DNA of 52,843 nucleotides from Fonticula-like sp. SCN 57-25 (Eukaryota). The number at the start of each line of letters is the position of its first letter. Position 1 is the first letter of the stretch. Where the stretch lies: assembly GCA_001724245.1 (NCBI GenBank), contig MEDX01000029.1, forward strand, positions 1-52,843, in the 5' to 3' direction. The notes below the pieces were generated by a model. That model had not been told where the DNA came from, made no database searches, and was given only the letters and a program-made list of their open reading frames with translations. Of this stretch, positions 23,465 to 33,940 are shown piece by piece. The position numbers were made by a program, and so were the translations under genes.

Positions 23465-24508
23465 CTACTCGTCGTCGTCGTCAGCGGCGCTCTCGGCGTC
23501 GCCACCGGCGCTGTTGGCTGCGCTCTTGCGGCGGCGACGGCGGCGGCGCTTCTTTTCCGGGGCATCAGACTGGCTCGTCTGCTCGGCCTCTGGCGCTGCC
23601 TACACACGCCGTGTTTAACACAATACTGTACCCACATTATTCGTACCCTCTTTTTTGTGGCCGCCTCGCTGCTCTCCGCCTCTGCATTGTCGCTCGTCTG
23701 CGGCTTTTCTTCTGCGCTCTTGACCGCCTTCTTTTCGGGCGTCTTGGGGGCCGCCTTTGCCGCGGTCGACTTCTTGACCGAGAGCGGGTTGGGCCCCTTG
23801 GCGGGCTGCTTCCTGTGCAGCACAAAGGCCGGCTTTCCCTCCTCCTTTACCTTTTTGGCCGCGGCGATTTCCGACGGCTTGGGCATCGCCTTGGCCGCCT
23901 CGAGCTCCTTGGCGCGCTGCGTCGACGCCGCGCTCGGCTCCTCGAGGATCACCGTGTTGTACTGGATGTAGCACAGCGGGACGGCGGGGATGCGACGCAG
24001 ATCATTGCGCAGCTTGGTGTCCTGCGTCGCGACGAGGTAAGAGTGAGGGTTAGTCTCGCCGACCATGGAGCGGAGGCAGTCGGCAGCGGGGATCGGCGTG
24101 TCGTGGCCGCAGCGGCGCGACTCGAAGCGTCGGGCGATCACGAGGGCGCCGCCAAAATCGGGGCCAAGCTTGCGAATCTCCTCGACAATGCAGCGCGTCA
24201 CCAGTAAGAATCGAGTCAAGGAAAAGAGTAAATTTACCACATAAACGACACGAATTGCGACATAATATACACGACAAAGGCACGATACATGACACACGAG
24301 CGCGTGCACACGCGGAGTATGAGCGGATATGTTCTTTGGTCTGCATGCCGAGCACCTTTGGTAGCTGCTCCTTGATATGAATCCTCGTCTGCAGCGCCAC
24401 CTGGCAGAATGTACCGTCCACGAGCACCTGTAGGGGCGCATGGAACTTGAAGCTGTGCCGGTAAAAGTCGAGGTGCCGCCGCACCGTCTTGAGCCGCTTC
24501 ACGCGCAT
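23465..24508 (-). CDS. UTP23: rRNA-processing PIN protein Utp23, 3 exons (first intron AT-AC)
   Basis: QVLVDGTF, VTRCIVEE, RRCGH, YLVATQD..LRRIPAVPL, KGPNPLSVKK. Confidence 0.95.
24204..24330 (-). other. U12-type (minor) AT-AC intron, 127 nt
   Basis: Donor ATATCC, branch TTTTCCTTGAC about 12 nt from the end, acceptor TTAC. Removal restores the frame (QTKE-L-VTRC). No AG dinucleotide in the interval. Confidence 0.88.
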
Positions 24509-24521
24509 CGTGTCACCGTAC

Positions 24522-24536
24522 TATCCACGTGGCCGT
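24522..24536. promoter_or_regulatory. E-box element TATCCACGTGGCCGT in the 32-bp UTP23/MRPS10 divergent spacer
   Basis: Identical 15-mer at 19898-19912 upstream of UBE2O; CACGTG also at 2637, 2668, 12658, 12726 and 52774. Confidence 0.6.
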
Positions 24537-24540
24537 ATCG

Positions 24541-25150
24541 ATGTCTGTCGTCGGGTGGCGCATGTTGGCCACGGGGGCCGCCGCGCCGATGCGGTTCGCC
24601 GCTGCGCGCGCGCTCGCGACGGCTGCCACCGGCGTGCCGGCGGCGGTCTCGCCGAATTCGCACCGCACAGAGAACCAGAAGCGCGTCCAGATTAGGCTCG
24701 AGGCTTTCGAGGTCGATATGCTCGACGAGTTTGTGAGATTTACACAGGACACGGCATGGAACCTCCATCTGATCCCGGGGTACGCCTTTTAATTATTTTC
24801 CTCTTTTTATTAAATTGAATGCGCTCAATAGCGGTCGCGTGGCGCTCCCGACGCACATCCGGCGGTGGACCGTCAACCGCTCGCCGCACATTGACAAGAA
24901 GAGTCGCGAGCAGTTTGAGATGCGGACCCACAAGAGGTAAGAATCGCCCATTTTCTTCTTTGTTTACTAAAGCGCTCTTATTAGGCTCGTACAAGTGCAC
25001 AATGTCCCGCCGATCGTGCTCGACTTTTACGTCAAGTACCTCGCGCACCATCTGCCGGCCGGTCTCGGCATGAAGGTCCGCAAGTTTGACTACCAGCGCG
25101 TGCCGACTCGCACGGCAGAGCTGCTTGCCCGCGCGCGTGCCTCCAACTAA
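24541..25150 (+). CDS. MRPS10: Mitochondrial ribosomal protein uS10m, 3 exons
   Basis: [41 protein letters not shown]; presequence-like N-terminus. Confidence 0.93.
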
Positions 25151-25243
25151 GGACGGCGTGTGTGAATATACACTAAGGGAAAGCAAAGGAGATACTTGTA
25201 AAATTTGGGCTTCATTTCATAATAATAATACACTTTTTTTTCT

Positions 25244-25977
25244 CTAATACTCGATGGTCCAGATGAGCGGCGCATCCGTCTCAACATGCACCTCCGACCC
25301 CTCTACGTGGTTTGACGTGCTTACAAGACCGCCAAAGCGTGTTTCCGCTGCCGTGAGGTCCCACCGCAGCCCCTTGGTTGTCACGATGGCAGGCCCGAAA
25401 ATTGGGAGCAGGCCGCATGTCGGCTTGATCCGCGACGGATCGTGCAGGAGAGTGTGCGATCCCTAGCCAGGGATCAGCATGATGTGAAAGAAAAGAGAGC
25501 GCGTACAGGAAGCAAAAGACACCCCAGACAGTCTGAATTGACAAAAAAGAATTTTACATTTGCCTTTGCGGTGAACGCGCTATTAATGTTGCTCAGGCTA
25601 TGATCGAGGCGGCCGCCCATCGAGGCAACGATCACGATATCGTCATTCGGGTCCTGCTTGATCGCCCACCTCACCGCCTTGTCCATGTCTGTAGAGTATT
25701 GGTCGCCGTCCTCGATGATAGAAACGCGCTTTTCCCTGTAATACGCGGCGACATCCTCTCGGATCGAGTCGAGATCACCCACGATTGCATCCGGCACGAT
25801 ATCCAGCCCGCTATCACGCAGGCGGTTGGCCCCGCCGTCGGCGCACACTATCCGTGCCGCGTGCTTGGCCAGGTGCGACACCACAGAAGCTGAAGGAAGC
25901 ACGTAGTTGAGGAAGACGGCGCTGAACGGCGATGACGGCTCGGCGCCAACCAGCTCGCTCAACTGCCATGACGTCAT
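25244..25977 (-). CDS. TPK1: Thiamine pyrophosphokinase, 2 exons
   Basis: VCADGGANRL, PDAIVGDLDSIR, DQYSTDMDKA, GGRLDH; second exon ends ..WTIEY. Confidence 0.95.
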
Positions 25978-26201
25978 GGCCAATGATGACTGTGGGGATC
26001 AGATGTGCAAACCATCTTGTATTAGCAACATGATGCATGAGGAAAGTATAGTTTTACGTGAATATAAAAGCCGTGAAAGTGTGTGGAAATAAAGTTATAT
26101 ACATATATTACACCTATCTATACAAAAGGTTCACATTTTGCACTTCATGCAAAGCCCGAGATGATGGCCACTGCAGCTCACTGCGGCACACTGCGGCTCG
26201 A

Positions 26202-27041
26202 TCACAGGTCGCGTAGCCGCGCGCGCGACCTAATATCAGCCTGTCGTATTGGCTCTGGTACGCGATACGTCGCAAAGCGCGCAACAATACTAGTTGCCGT
26301 GGCGATCGACACGCGATGCCCCACGGAAACAAAGACGGGATTGGGCGCGCCGTCCGCCGTGCGAAGCGCTCGCCCCCACACGCGCCCCGACTCCCCCTTC
26401 AACTCTAGTGAGTCGCCACCGTGCAACAACTCTGTTTCAAATCGAGGCCGCAGCAGCGCAATGTCTAGCCCGTCCACATTGAAAAATTTCTTGCCGACGC
26501 CGATGGTCGGTATGTCGCACTTGATGCCGAGATGGCAAGCAACCCCGCACCCTGAATAGCAATGCTTTAGTACACAGGTTCCTTTAATAAATGCTAATAA
26601 AAGAGCCGTACGACGCGGGTGAAGGACGCCGTTGCCGTCAACTAAAAGCACCTGCGGCACCAGATCAGGCCGACTGGCGCGCAGCTTTCCAACCAGGCGC
26701 TCAAGATGTGATGCTTCGCGGAATGCAAGAAAGCCAGGAATGTACGGCAGCGACATTTCGACCATTTCACAGTCCTCGTATACTACCTCTAGCGTGTCTG
26801 CGCGCAAAACCACGAGAGACGCGCAGGCTTGCGTGTCGCTGCCGACCACAAAGCTGATGTCCGTGCCACCGACCAAAGAAATGTTTGCAAGCGAGGGATC
26901 GTCCTCTTCCTTTACAAAAGCCGCCAGCGTCTTTTGCTCCCTATTATAGACCATTCAGCTATATGCGCGCACAACCCATGACAGAACGCACGCCTCCCAC
27001 TGCGCCCTCAAGCGGGCCTCATCCCCATCGTCCCCTTGCAT
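26202..27041 (-). CDS. ENDOV: Endonuclease V (inosine-specific nuclease), 3 exons
   Basis: VGGTDISF, PYIPGFLAFREA, LVDGNGVLHPR, GVACHLG, PVFVSVGH, RVPEPIRQAD. Confidence 0.95.
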
Positions 27042-27128
27042 CACACCCTGTCACGGTTTCATACAGGCCTGTGACAGGCTTGTGACTCTATTATTGACCC
27101 GACTCCCGACGGACACCTGACCTGGAGG

Positions 27129-28968
27129 ATGTCGTGGCTCGACGACAACATTTGGGTACGGCCCCTTCAAATCCTCCTCTATCGCGTCGCCTAACAAAGC
27201 TCCTTGTCCCATTGTAGGTGGTGGTGGTGATCGCCGTCGTGGTCGTGATCATCATCTCCTTTGCGATTTGGTACTTTTGCCGCCGCTCGTACGTGATCCC
27301 CCCAAAGTGTTTGCCCCATCCTCACCCTTGTTGTAATAGGCAATCGACGCCGTACAGCCGTCTCGAGTTGGGCGTCAATGAGGCGTTTGACGAAAGCACG
27401 CGCCTGAAGCAAAAGGAGGCCTCTGACTGTACGCCTTCCTTTCTCTTTGCTGTCATCGATCTTACCCACCCCGCAGCCGACTTTGCCCTCGAGCTTCGCT
27501 ACTACCTCCGCGACAAGAACAACATGTCTCTTATCCGCGTTCTTCCGCAGATCGGCGAGCGCACCGAGAAGCGCTATGCGCTGCTCAAGTGCACGGACAC
27601 GATGTCCCCGCACAAGCAGATCATCCTGAGCGTGATGCCGCGCCCCGATGGCTGCCTTTTCGCCTTTGCCGCCGAAACCGAGCGCATGCTCGAGTCGACG
27701 CTGAAGCGCATCCAGTACCCGTTCATCCTGCCCCTCATCCACATCAATTTGGACCCGTCAAAGAACGCTGTATTTGTGTTTTACCCGTACAAGTCGGCCG
27801 GCAGCCTGCGCGATCTGATCCACAACGTGCGCCCTGATCTTACTCCCCGATCCCCCTCTGACCTTTCTTTCCTTGCAGTGCAACCCTGACTATGAGTACC
27901 GCAGCAAGTACTCCACTCTCGGCGTTGCCCCCAGCGAGCAAAAGATTGCCGTCTTTGGCCGCCAGATCCTCGAGGCCCTTCGCTACCTCGAGTTCATCAA
28001 TGTCCCCTACTACCACCTCACGGCCGGCAACATCATCATGGACAATGGCGTCTGCCAGCTCACCGGCATTGAGCTCACGCTCCTCGGCGTGCGCCCGTCG
28101 GTGCACGAGCACCTCGCGCGCCTCGTCAAGAAGAACCCCGCCGCCTCGCCCGTCCTCCAGTTTGGCCACGTCCTCTTTGAGATGGCGCACGGCTTTGAGC
28201 TCGACTCGCCGACGCCCGAGTACATCTCCAATAAGGTGCCGCGCAAGGTCGCCGACGCCATCGAGTTTATCTTTCGCGGCGTCAATGTCAAGGAGGGAAT
28301 CGTGCAGGTGCCGACCATCCAAGAGGTGCTCGAGCACCCATTCTTTGCCGACGCGCTCTATCAGCTCCGCAAGAGCGACCTCACTTTCCGTCCGGTACGA
28401 AGCAGAAAAAGTGTGTAAAAAATGGCTTTTATTAACATTTTACTTTTCTTTTTTGTAGCCGGCTCTGGATGCCGACATGACGGCATTTGTTGAGGCCGTT
28501 CGCGACCATCGCCGCATCGAGCTGACCGGCCCGACCAAGCGCTCCGCCGCGCGCAAGGCGTCGTCAAAGCGCGCGCTTAGCAAGCCGGCACTCCTCTCGA
28601 CGCTCGACGCGCCGCAGACGACCGTCACGCAGGCGCCCGGGTCCGTCCCATCTGCGCTCAACTACGTCCCGTCGTCGCCGTCGGCCAAGAAGGCGCCCGG
28701 TAGCCCTTCGATGAGCGCGACGACGTCGGCCGCGCCGCCGACGCCAAAGGCCGCCCCCGCCGCTGCCCCGCCAGCGCCAAAGCCCGCTGCCGCTGCGCCA
28801 GCACCGCCGCCGGCGCCAAAGACGCCCGCGACTCCGGCGCCGCCGCCGCCGCCGGTCGCGTCGTCCGAGGGAGGCGAGGGCCGCTCGTCGCTGCTCGCGT
28901 CGATTAACGGGTTCAAGGGAGGGCTCAAGAAGGTAAAGACAAACGACCGCAGCAAGCCGACCGTTTAA
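27129..28968 (+). CDS. Slob/PXK-like pseudokinase with N-terminal TM, proline-rich region and C-terminal WH2; 6 exons
   Basis: Hydrophobic VVVIAVVVVIIISFAIWYF; GSLRDLIH, FGRQILEAL, YYHLTAGNII (no HRD), LTGIE (no DFG); GRSSLLASINGFKGGLKKVKTNDRS (WH2). Confidence 0.8.
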
Positions 28969-29220
28969 GGAAACATTAACGCAGTCATTGCGATCATAGA
29001 CGTTTCTGGCGCTTTGCTGCCGGCCATTTTGTTTTTACTACCTTTCTATGATGTTTGTTTATGGTTTTTGTCTCATTTTCTGGGCTTTCCGCTCATATTC
29101 CCACCCCATACCAAATAGACAGTTGGGCAATGCTGAACCGCGAAATCGACCGAAAAACAGTAATATTCATCATCGCAAACGACGACGATGGATACAATAA
29201 TAATGCTGATGCTGATTTGA

Positions 29221-31414
29221 CTATGAGGATGCCTCGAGCAGGGCGACCGTCTTTGACGCGAGCCGCGAGATTTCCGCGTCGGGGTGCGTCAATACTTGCC
29301 GCAACGCGGTCGCCACCTCTGTCGTCGCATTCACGCGGTCGCGCGCCGCCTGCATCTCGGCTACGAAAAGTGTCAGTTTGTGCGTAATTATATGAAAAAA
29401 GGGCGCACGGTTACGACAGATTTCGTAGATTGTCCATGTGGCAATGTGCGGCAAGGCGGGGTTGCTCGACTGGAGGAACTGCAGGAGGTAAACAGCGGCG
29501 CTGTCCCAGCATTCCATAAACTTTTGCGCTCCCACAGCTATGAAAAACACAAAATTGTAAGCAAAAAGCAGCCAAGTGGGATAACATACGCGACCCGACG
29601 AGGTTGCCCAGCGCGGCCGCCGCGTGCCCCTGCACGTCGGGGCTGTCGGACGACGCGAGCGCGACGATCTGCTCGACGACGCCCATCTCGGCGAGGCGTG
29701 TACACAGGGACGGCGACAGCGCAAAAACAGTGATGGCCGCGGCCACTTCGCTGAGCAGCTGCTTGGGCGCGTCGGGAAGAGAGAGCAGCGCCATGACGTC
29801 CTCGACGCCGTCGTACTGCAGAATATTGTCGCGGTTCGCGTCGGTGGCGGAAATGTTGCGCAACGTCGAGACGCAGTGGCAGAAAATGTCGTAAATTGTC
29901 CTATTCAAGTTCGCCGCTAAAAATAATATGGTACATTTAGCAAACTGAACTGCAAAACAACCGAGAAAAAAACCACAAAAAAGCGTACCTTGCCCGTGCT
30001 TTGAAAACTTGCGGATGACGTCGAGCAGCAGCTGTACGCAGTGGTTCTCCACGAGGTGCGCCTCATTGAGCGGGTGGATGCTGATATTGCGAAGCACGGC
30101 CACGGCCGCGACCAGCACGGCGGGCTGGTCCATCGAAAAGCGAATCAGCTGAAGCAGCGGCTGAACACCATTGCGCTTCACAATATGCAATTGATAATCC
30201 TCTGAGCAAAGATGTATGAGTATATGTGAAAGAAACACAAATAGACGCACCGTCAGAGGCAAGGTTCAATAGAGCGAGACACGCCTGAATCTGCAGCTGA
30301 CTGGACGTTGACGACAAGAGGCTGATAAGACCCGACAGCAGCTCGTCCACATGGGCAAGCAAGAGTCGCCGGTGCTCGCCTGCGCGCATCGTGAGCAAAA
30401 AAACAAAAAAATGTGCAAAAACGGACCGTCAACTGCAATATTACTGAGCGCGGCGGCACAAAAGTACTGCACGTCGGTCTCGGGCGACCTCAAGAGGCGC
30501 ACAAAAACGGCGAGGCAGCCGGCGCGCACGAGCGCGGGCCGGTTCTTGTCGGCGTGCGTCAGGTTGAGCAGCGCCCCCGACGCGTTCCTGACCGTCCGCG
30601 AGTCCTCCGAGTAGCACAGCTGCACGAGCGGCACAAGCGCGCCGGAGGAAACTATCCGGACCTTGTTCATGTCCGCCGTCGAGAGATCCGTGAAGCAGCC
30701 GCAGACGGTCCGCTGTACTTCGATGCTCGGCGACGAAAGTAGCTTGACGAGCGGATCAAGGCCGCCAAGCTCAACAATGAGCAGCTTGTTCAGGTCTGAG
30801 GAAGAAGAAAAAAAAATTGGTGAGGAAAGGGCGATGGAAAGGAGGAAAGATGCGTACCATTCACTGTCAAGTTGCTCAGGGCAAAGGATGCGGCGCGCTG
30901 AATCTGGACGTCGGACGACTGAAGAAGGCGCAGAATGGGATATATCAATTCACGTGTGGCGGGCGCATTATCTATGTCGCTGTCAGAAGCGAGAAATGCA
31001 GAAGGAAGCAGCATACCGGGCTTGATCACCTCTGAGAATGTCAGCGCGGCAGATCGCTGAAGCTCGACATTTGACGAAAAGCTCAGCGTTGTGAGCGCGC
31101 CCAGGGCCTCGCTCCAGTAAGCAGAGTCATTTGCGTGGTCTATTTCAGCAGTATTGAGTAAAATATTTGAAAAGCCAAGCAGATGCACGCACTGCCGAGG
31201 TACTGAAGCAAATTGGACACGGCATCGCGCTCTGCATCACCGAGCAGCGGCTCCCGCAGGTCCACCGCCTTGTTGGCTCCTAAACAAATACATAAAACAA
31301 AAGAAAGAAAGAAAATAAACAAATAAAAAGAGCATATTCCTCGTGAATTAGCTTTCACGATCAAGATGAGCCGCATGCGCCAGGGCACGTACGCGTGCTG
31401 CAGCAGTTGCCCAT
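29221..31414 (-). CDS. VAC8: Vacuolar armadillo-repeat protein Vac8-like, about 10 exons
   Basis: N-terminal MGNCCST acylation motif; EPLLGDAERDAVSNLLQYL; NVELQRSAALTFSE; RNASGALLNLTH; DVQYFCAAALSNIAVD; LRNISIHPLNE; DVQGHAAAALGNL. Confidence 0.92.
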
Positions 31415-31605
31415 CCGAGCGTGCGGTAAACAACAACGTCACACTGACGAAAAATAATCAACCGTCCATTCACAGTAAAATCAACGCAAAACCTGCAGTA
31501 AACATTCGAATCGAGTGGCGTGTCAAGCGCGGCACGCACATACCAATTGTTTCGCTTCTCTCTCGGCAAGTGCGGCACAAGTGCAGACACTCCATAGACT
31601 AAAGG

Positions 31606-32559
31606 ATGCAGATCAAGGGTGGAGTATTCCTGATCACTGGCGGGTGCGCGCGCGATCACGATGTCGCAGGGATCTCACCAGCCTTGTAGCGCGTCGGGCC
31701 TCGGCGAGGCCACGGCATCGCTGCTCATTGAGCAGGGTGCATCGGTGACGCTTCTCGACATCAAGGAAACTGAGGGCGTCGATACGGCCGCGCGCCTCGG
31801 AGCGCGCTGCCTGTGGCCCGGCGAAACCGACATCACCAGCGAGGAGTCTGTGCAGGCGGCGATTGACGCCACGCTCCAAAAGTTTGGCAAGCTGTCGGGC
31901 GCCGTCAACTGCGCCGGCATCGGCATGGCCATGAAGGTGCGGATCCTTTCCTTTTGCCTTCCCTTTACCACCATGCTGATGAGTATTCGCCGCCGTGGTT
32001 AGACCGTGGGCAACAATGGGTACCCGCACTCGCTCGATGTCTTTGAGAGCGTACTGAGGATCAATCTGATCGGCACGTTCAATGTCTGCCGCCTCGCCAG
32101 CGCCGTGATGTCAAAGCAGACGCCCAATGAGGACGGAGAGCGCGGCGTCATTATTAACGTGGCGTCTGTGGCCGCCTTTGAGGGCCAGATCGGGCAGGTC
32201 GCCTACAGCGCATCAAAGGCTGGTGTCGTCGGGATGACGCTCACGATGGCGCGCGATCTCTGCGCTTTCGGCATCCGCGTTGTTACCATTGCGCCGGGCG
32301 TTTTCGGTGCGTACAGCAGCAGTTCTTCTGTGCGCATGCGTCTGATCTGATGCTGACACGCGTGACGATGATAGAGACGCCGATGATGGCGCTGGCGTCC
32401 AAAAAGGTCGTCGATGGCCTTACGCAGGCCAACGCGTTCCCGAAGCGCCTGGGCAGGCCCGCAGAGTTTGCCAAGCTGGCGGCAGGCATCATTGAAAACA
32501 CAATGATCAACGGCGAGACGATTCGAATTGACGCCGGCGTGCGCATGCCGCGCATGTAA
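31606..32559 (+). CDS. HSD17B10: 3-hydroxyacyl-CoA dehydrogenase type-2 (SDR), 4 exons
   Basis: [69 protein letters not shown]. Confidence 0.95.
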
Positions 32560-32718
32560 CTTTGTTTCATTCTGAAAAAAGCGTACAATTGCCCTCTACA
32601 GTATTGCTTTATAATAGATAATAATAATAATGACAACTGGAACGAAAGTGTGCGTATTGGTATTGCGTTAAAATACATGAAATGTAGTGTACAGAAAGAT
32701 GATACATGCCGACCCTAC

Positions 32719-33215
32719 CTACTCGAGCTCGCGTTTGATGCTGGGGGTGAGGGCGTTTGCTGGAGACGACGCGGAAACGGGCTTGGGGAGCTGGCCATTG
32801 TGCAGCCAGTGGAAATACTGCTGCCCGTGAATTTGAAGCAGCGTCTCTTTATGCGCGGCGCGGGAACGGAACTGCGCATCCTGCAGGGCATCAAGAAAGT
32901 AGAGACAATGGGGATACCTTTTGAACGCGTCAGTTTCAAGAAAGCGCATAAATTAAAGAGACGCACAAGAGGTACTTTGCATACTCGGGCCGCTTCCAGT
33001 ACTGGAGGTAGGCAAGGTAGTTGACAAAGGCAGGGTTCTGAAAGTACCGCTGCTGCGCAAGATCTACTCGCATGTTAGACGAAGGCCAATTGGCGCAAAT
33101 ACCACAACGCACATTGCAAATACGCAGGGTTTGCCATGCACTGTACAAACTCGAGCTCGAGCTGGAACCGGTTGTCGGCGCCCTCCTCGGGCAACGGTGG
33201 CGGTGCCTGCGCCAT
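32719..33215 (-). CDS. MED31: Mediator subunit 31, 3 exons
   Basis: RFQLELEFVQCMANPAYL, FVNYLAYLQYWKRPEYAKYL, YPHCLYFLDALQ. Confidence 0.95.
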
Positions 33216-33940
33216 CCTGCGGCCGACCGATAGACGTCGGTTTTGGTCGGTTTACAAAACCGACTGAAACGTACCAAGATGATTTGAACCAAAAAAGAGT
33301 AAAATTTGGCCGTGCAGGACACGAACAAATAGAAAGTCCGCTAATTACCTTATAGCGGTACAATACACTTGACTTGAGCGCCTTATTATGAAAGAAAGGG
33401 ACGATTTGGCGCACAGAAATGACGTTGAAACTGCCCTATCAGCTAGAAAAGGGCAATAGAGGCATTCGTCAATATGTAAAGTGTCGATGGTCAATAATAG
33501 GATACGCAAAATGCATATAATAAATAGTATGAAACACAAAGTAATCCTGCATTATAGAAATGAAAATTTTTGATATGCAACCGAATCCGAAATACCCAGC
33601 ACCTGCACTTTGAACTATATCTGCTCATGAAATTGGAACTCTATTCAAAAAGTGTTGTTTTCGAGAAAAAGTATGCAATGAAAATTTCCTGGTTTTAGCA
33701 CCAAAGGTAAGAGCGTGCAGTACAAGTACTACATGAGCATGAAAGGCCTTTTCAAGGGCTGCAGGTATAAGGTGTACCAAAAATAATGAAAAATTCATCA
33801 ATCCTTCTCTACAGAATCAACGGTAATTTCACAGAGTATTCAGTGAGCAATCACAAGTAAAAATTTTGATTGAAAAACCCATTCAAAAACCGACCAATCA
33901 CTTGCATCCTTGAGCAGTTGGCGCGCACGGCATCGTCGAC

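Noticed and set aside
25978-26200. TPP riboswitch near thiamine pyrophosphokinase
   Set aside because: No CUGAGA or other TPP aptamer motifs seen upstream or in the intron.
33340-33900. AT-rich 560-bp stretch as a possible centromere or mobile element
   Set aside because: No terminal repeats, internal repeats or credible ORF; consistent with a longer divergent promoter.
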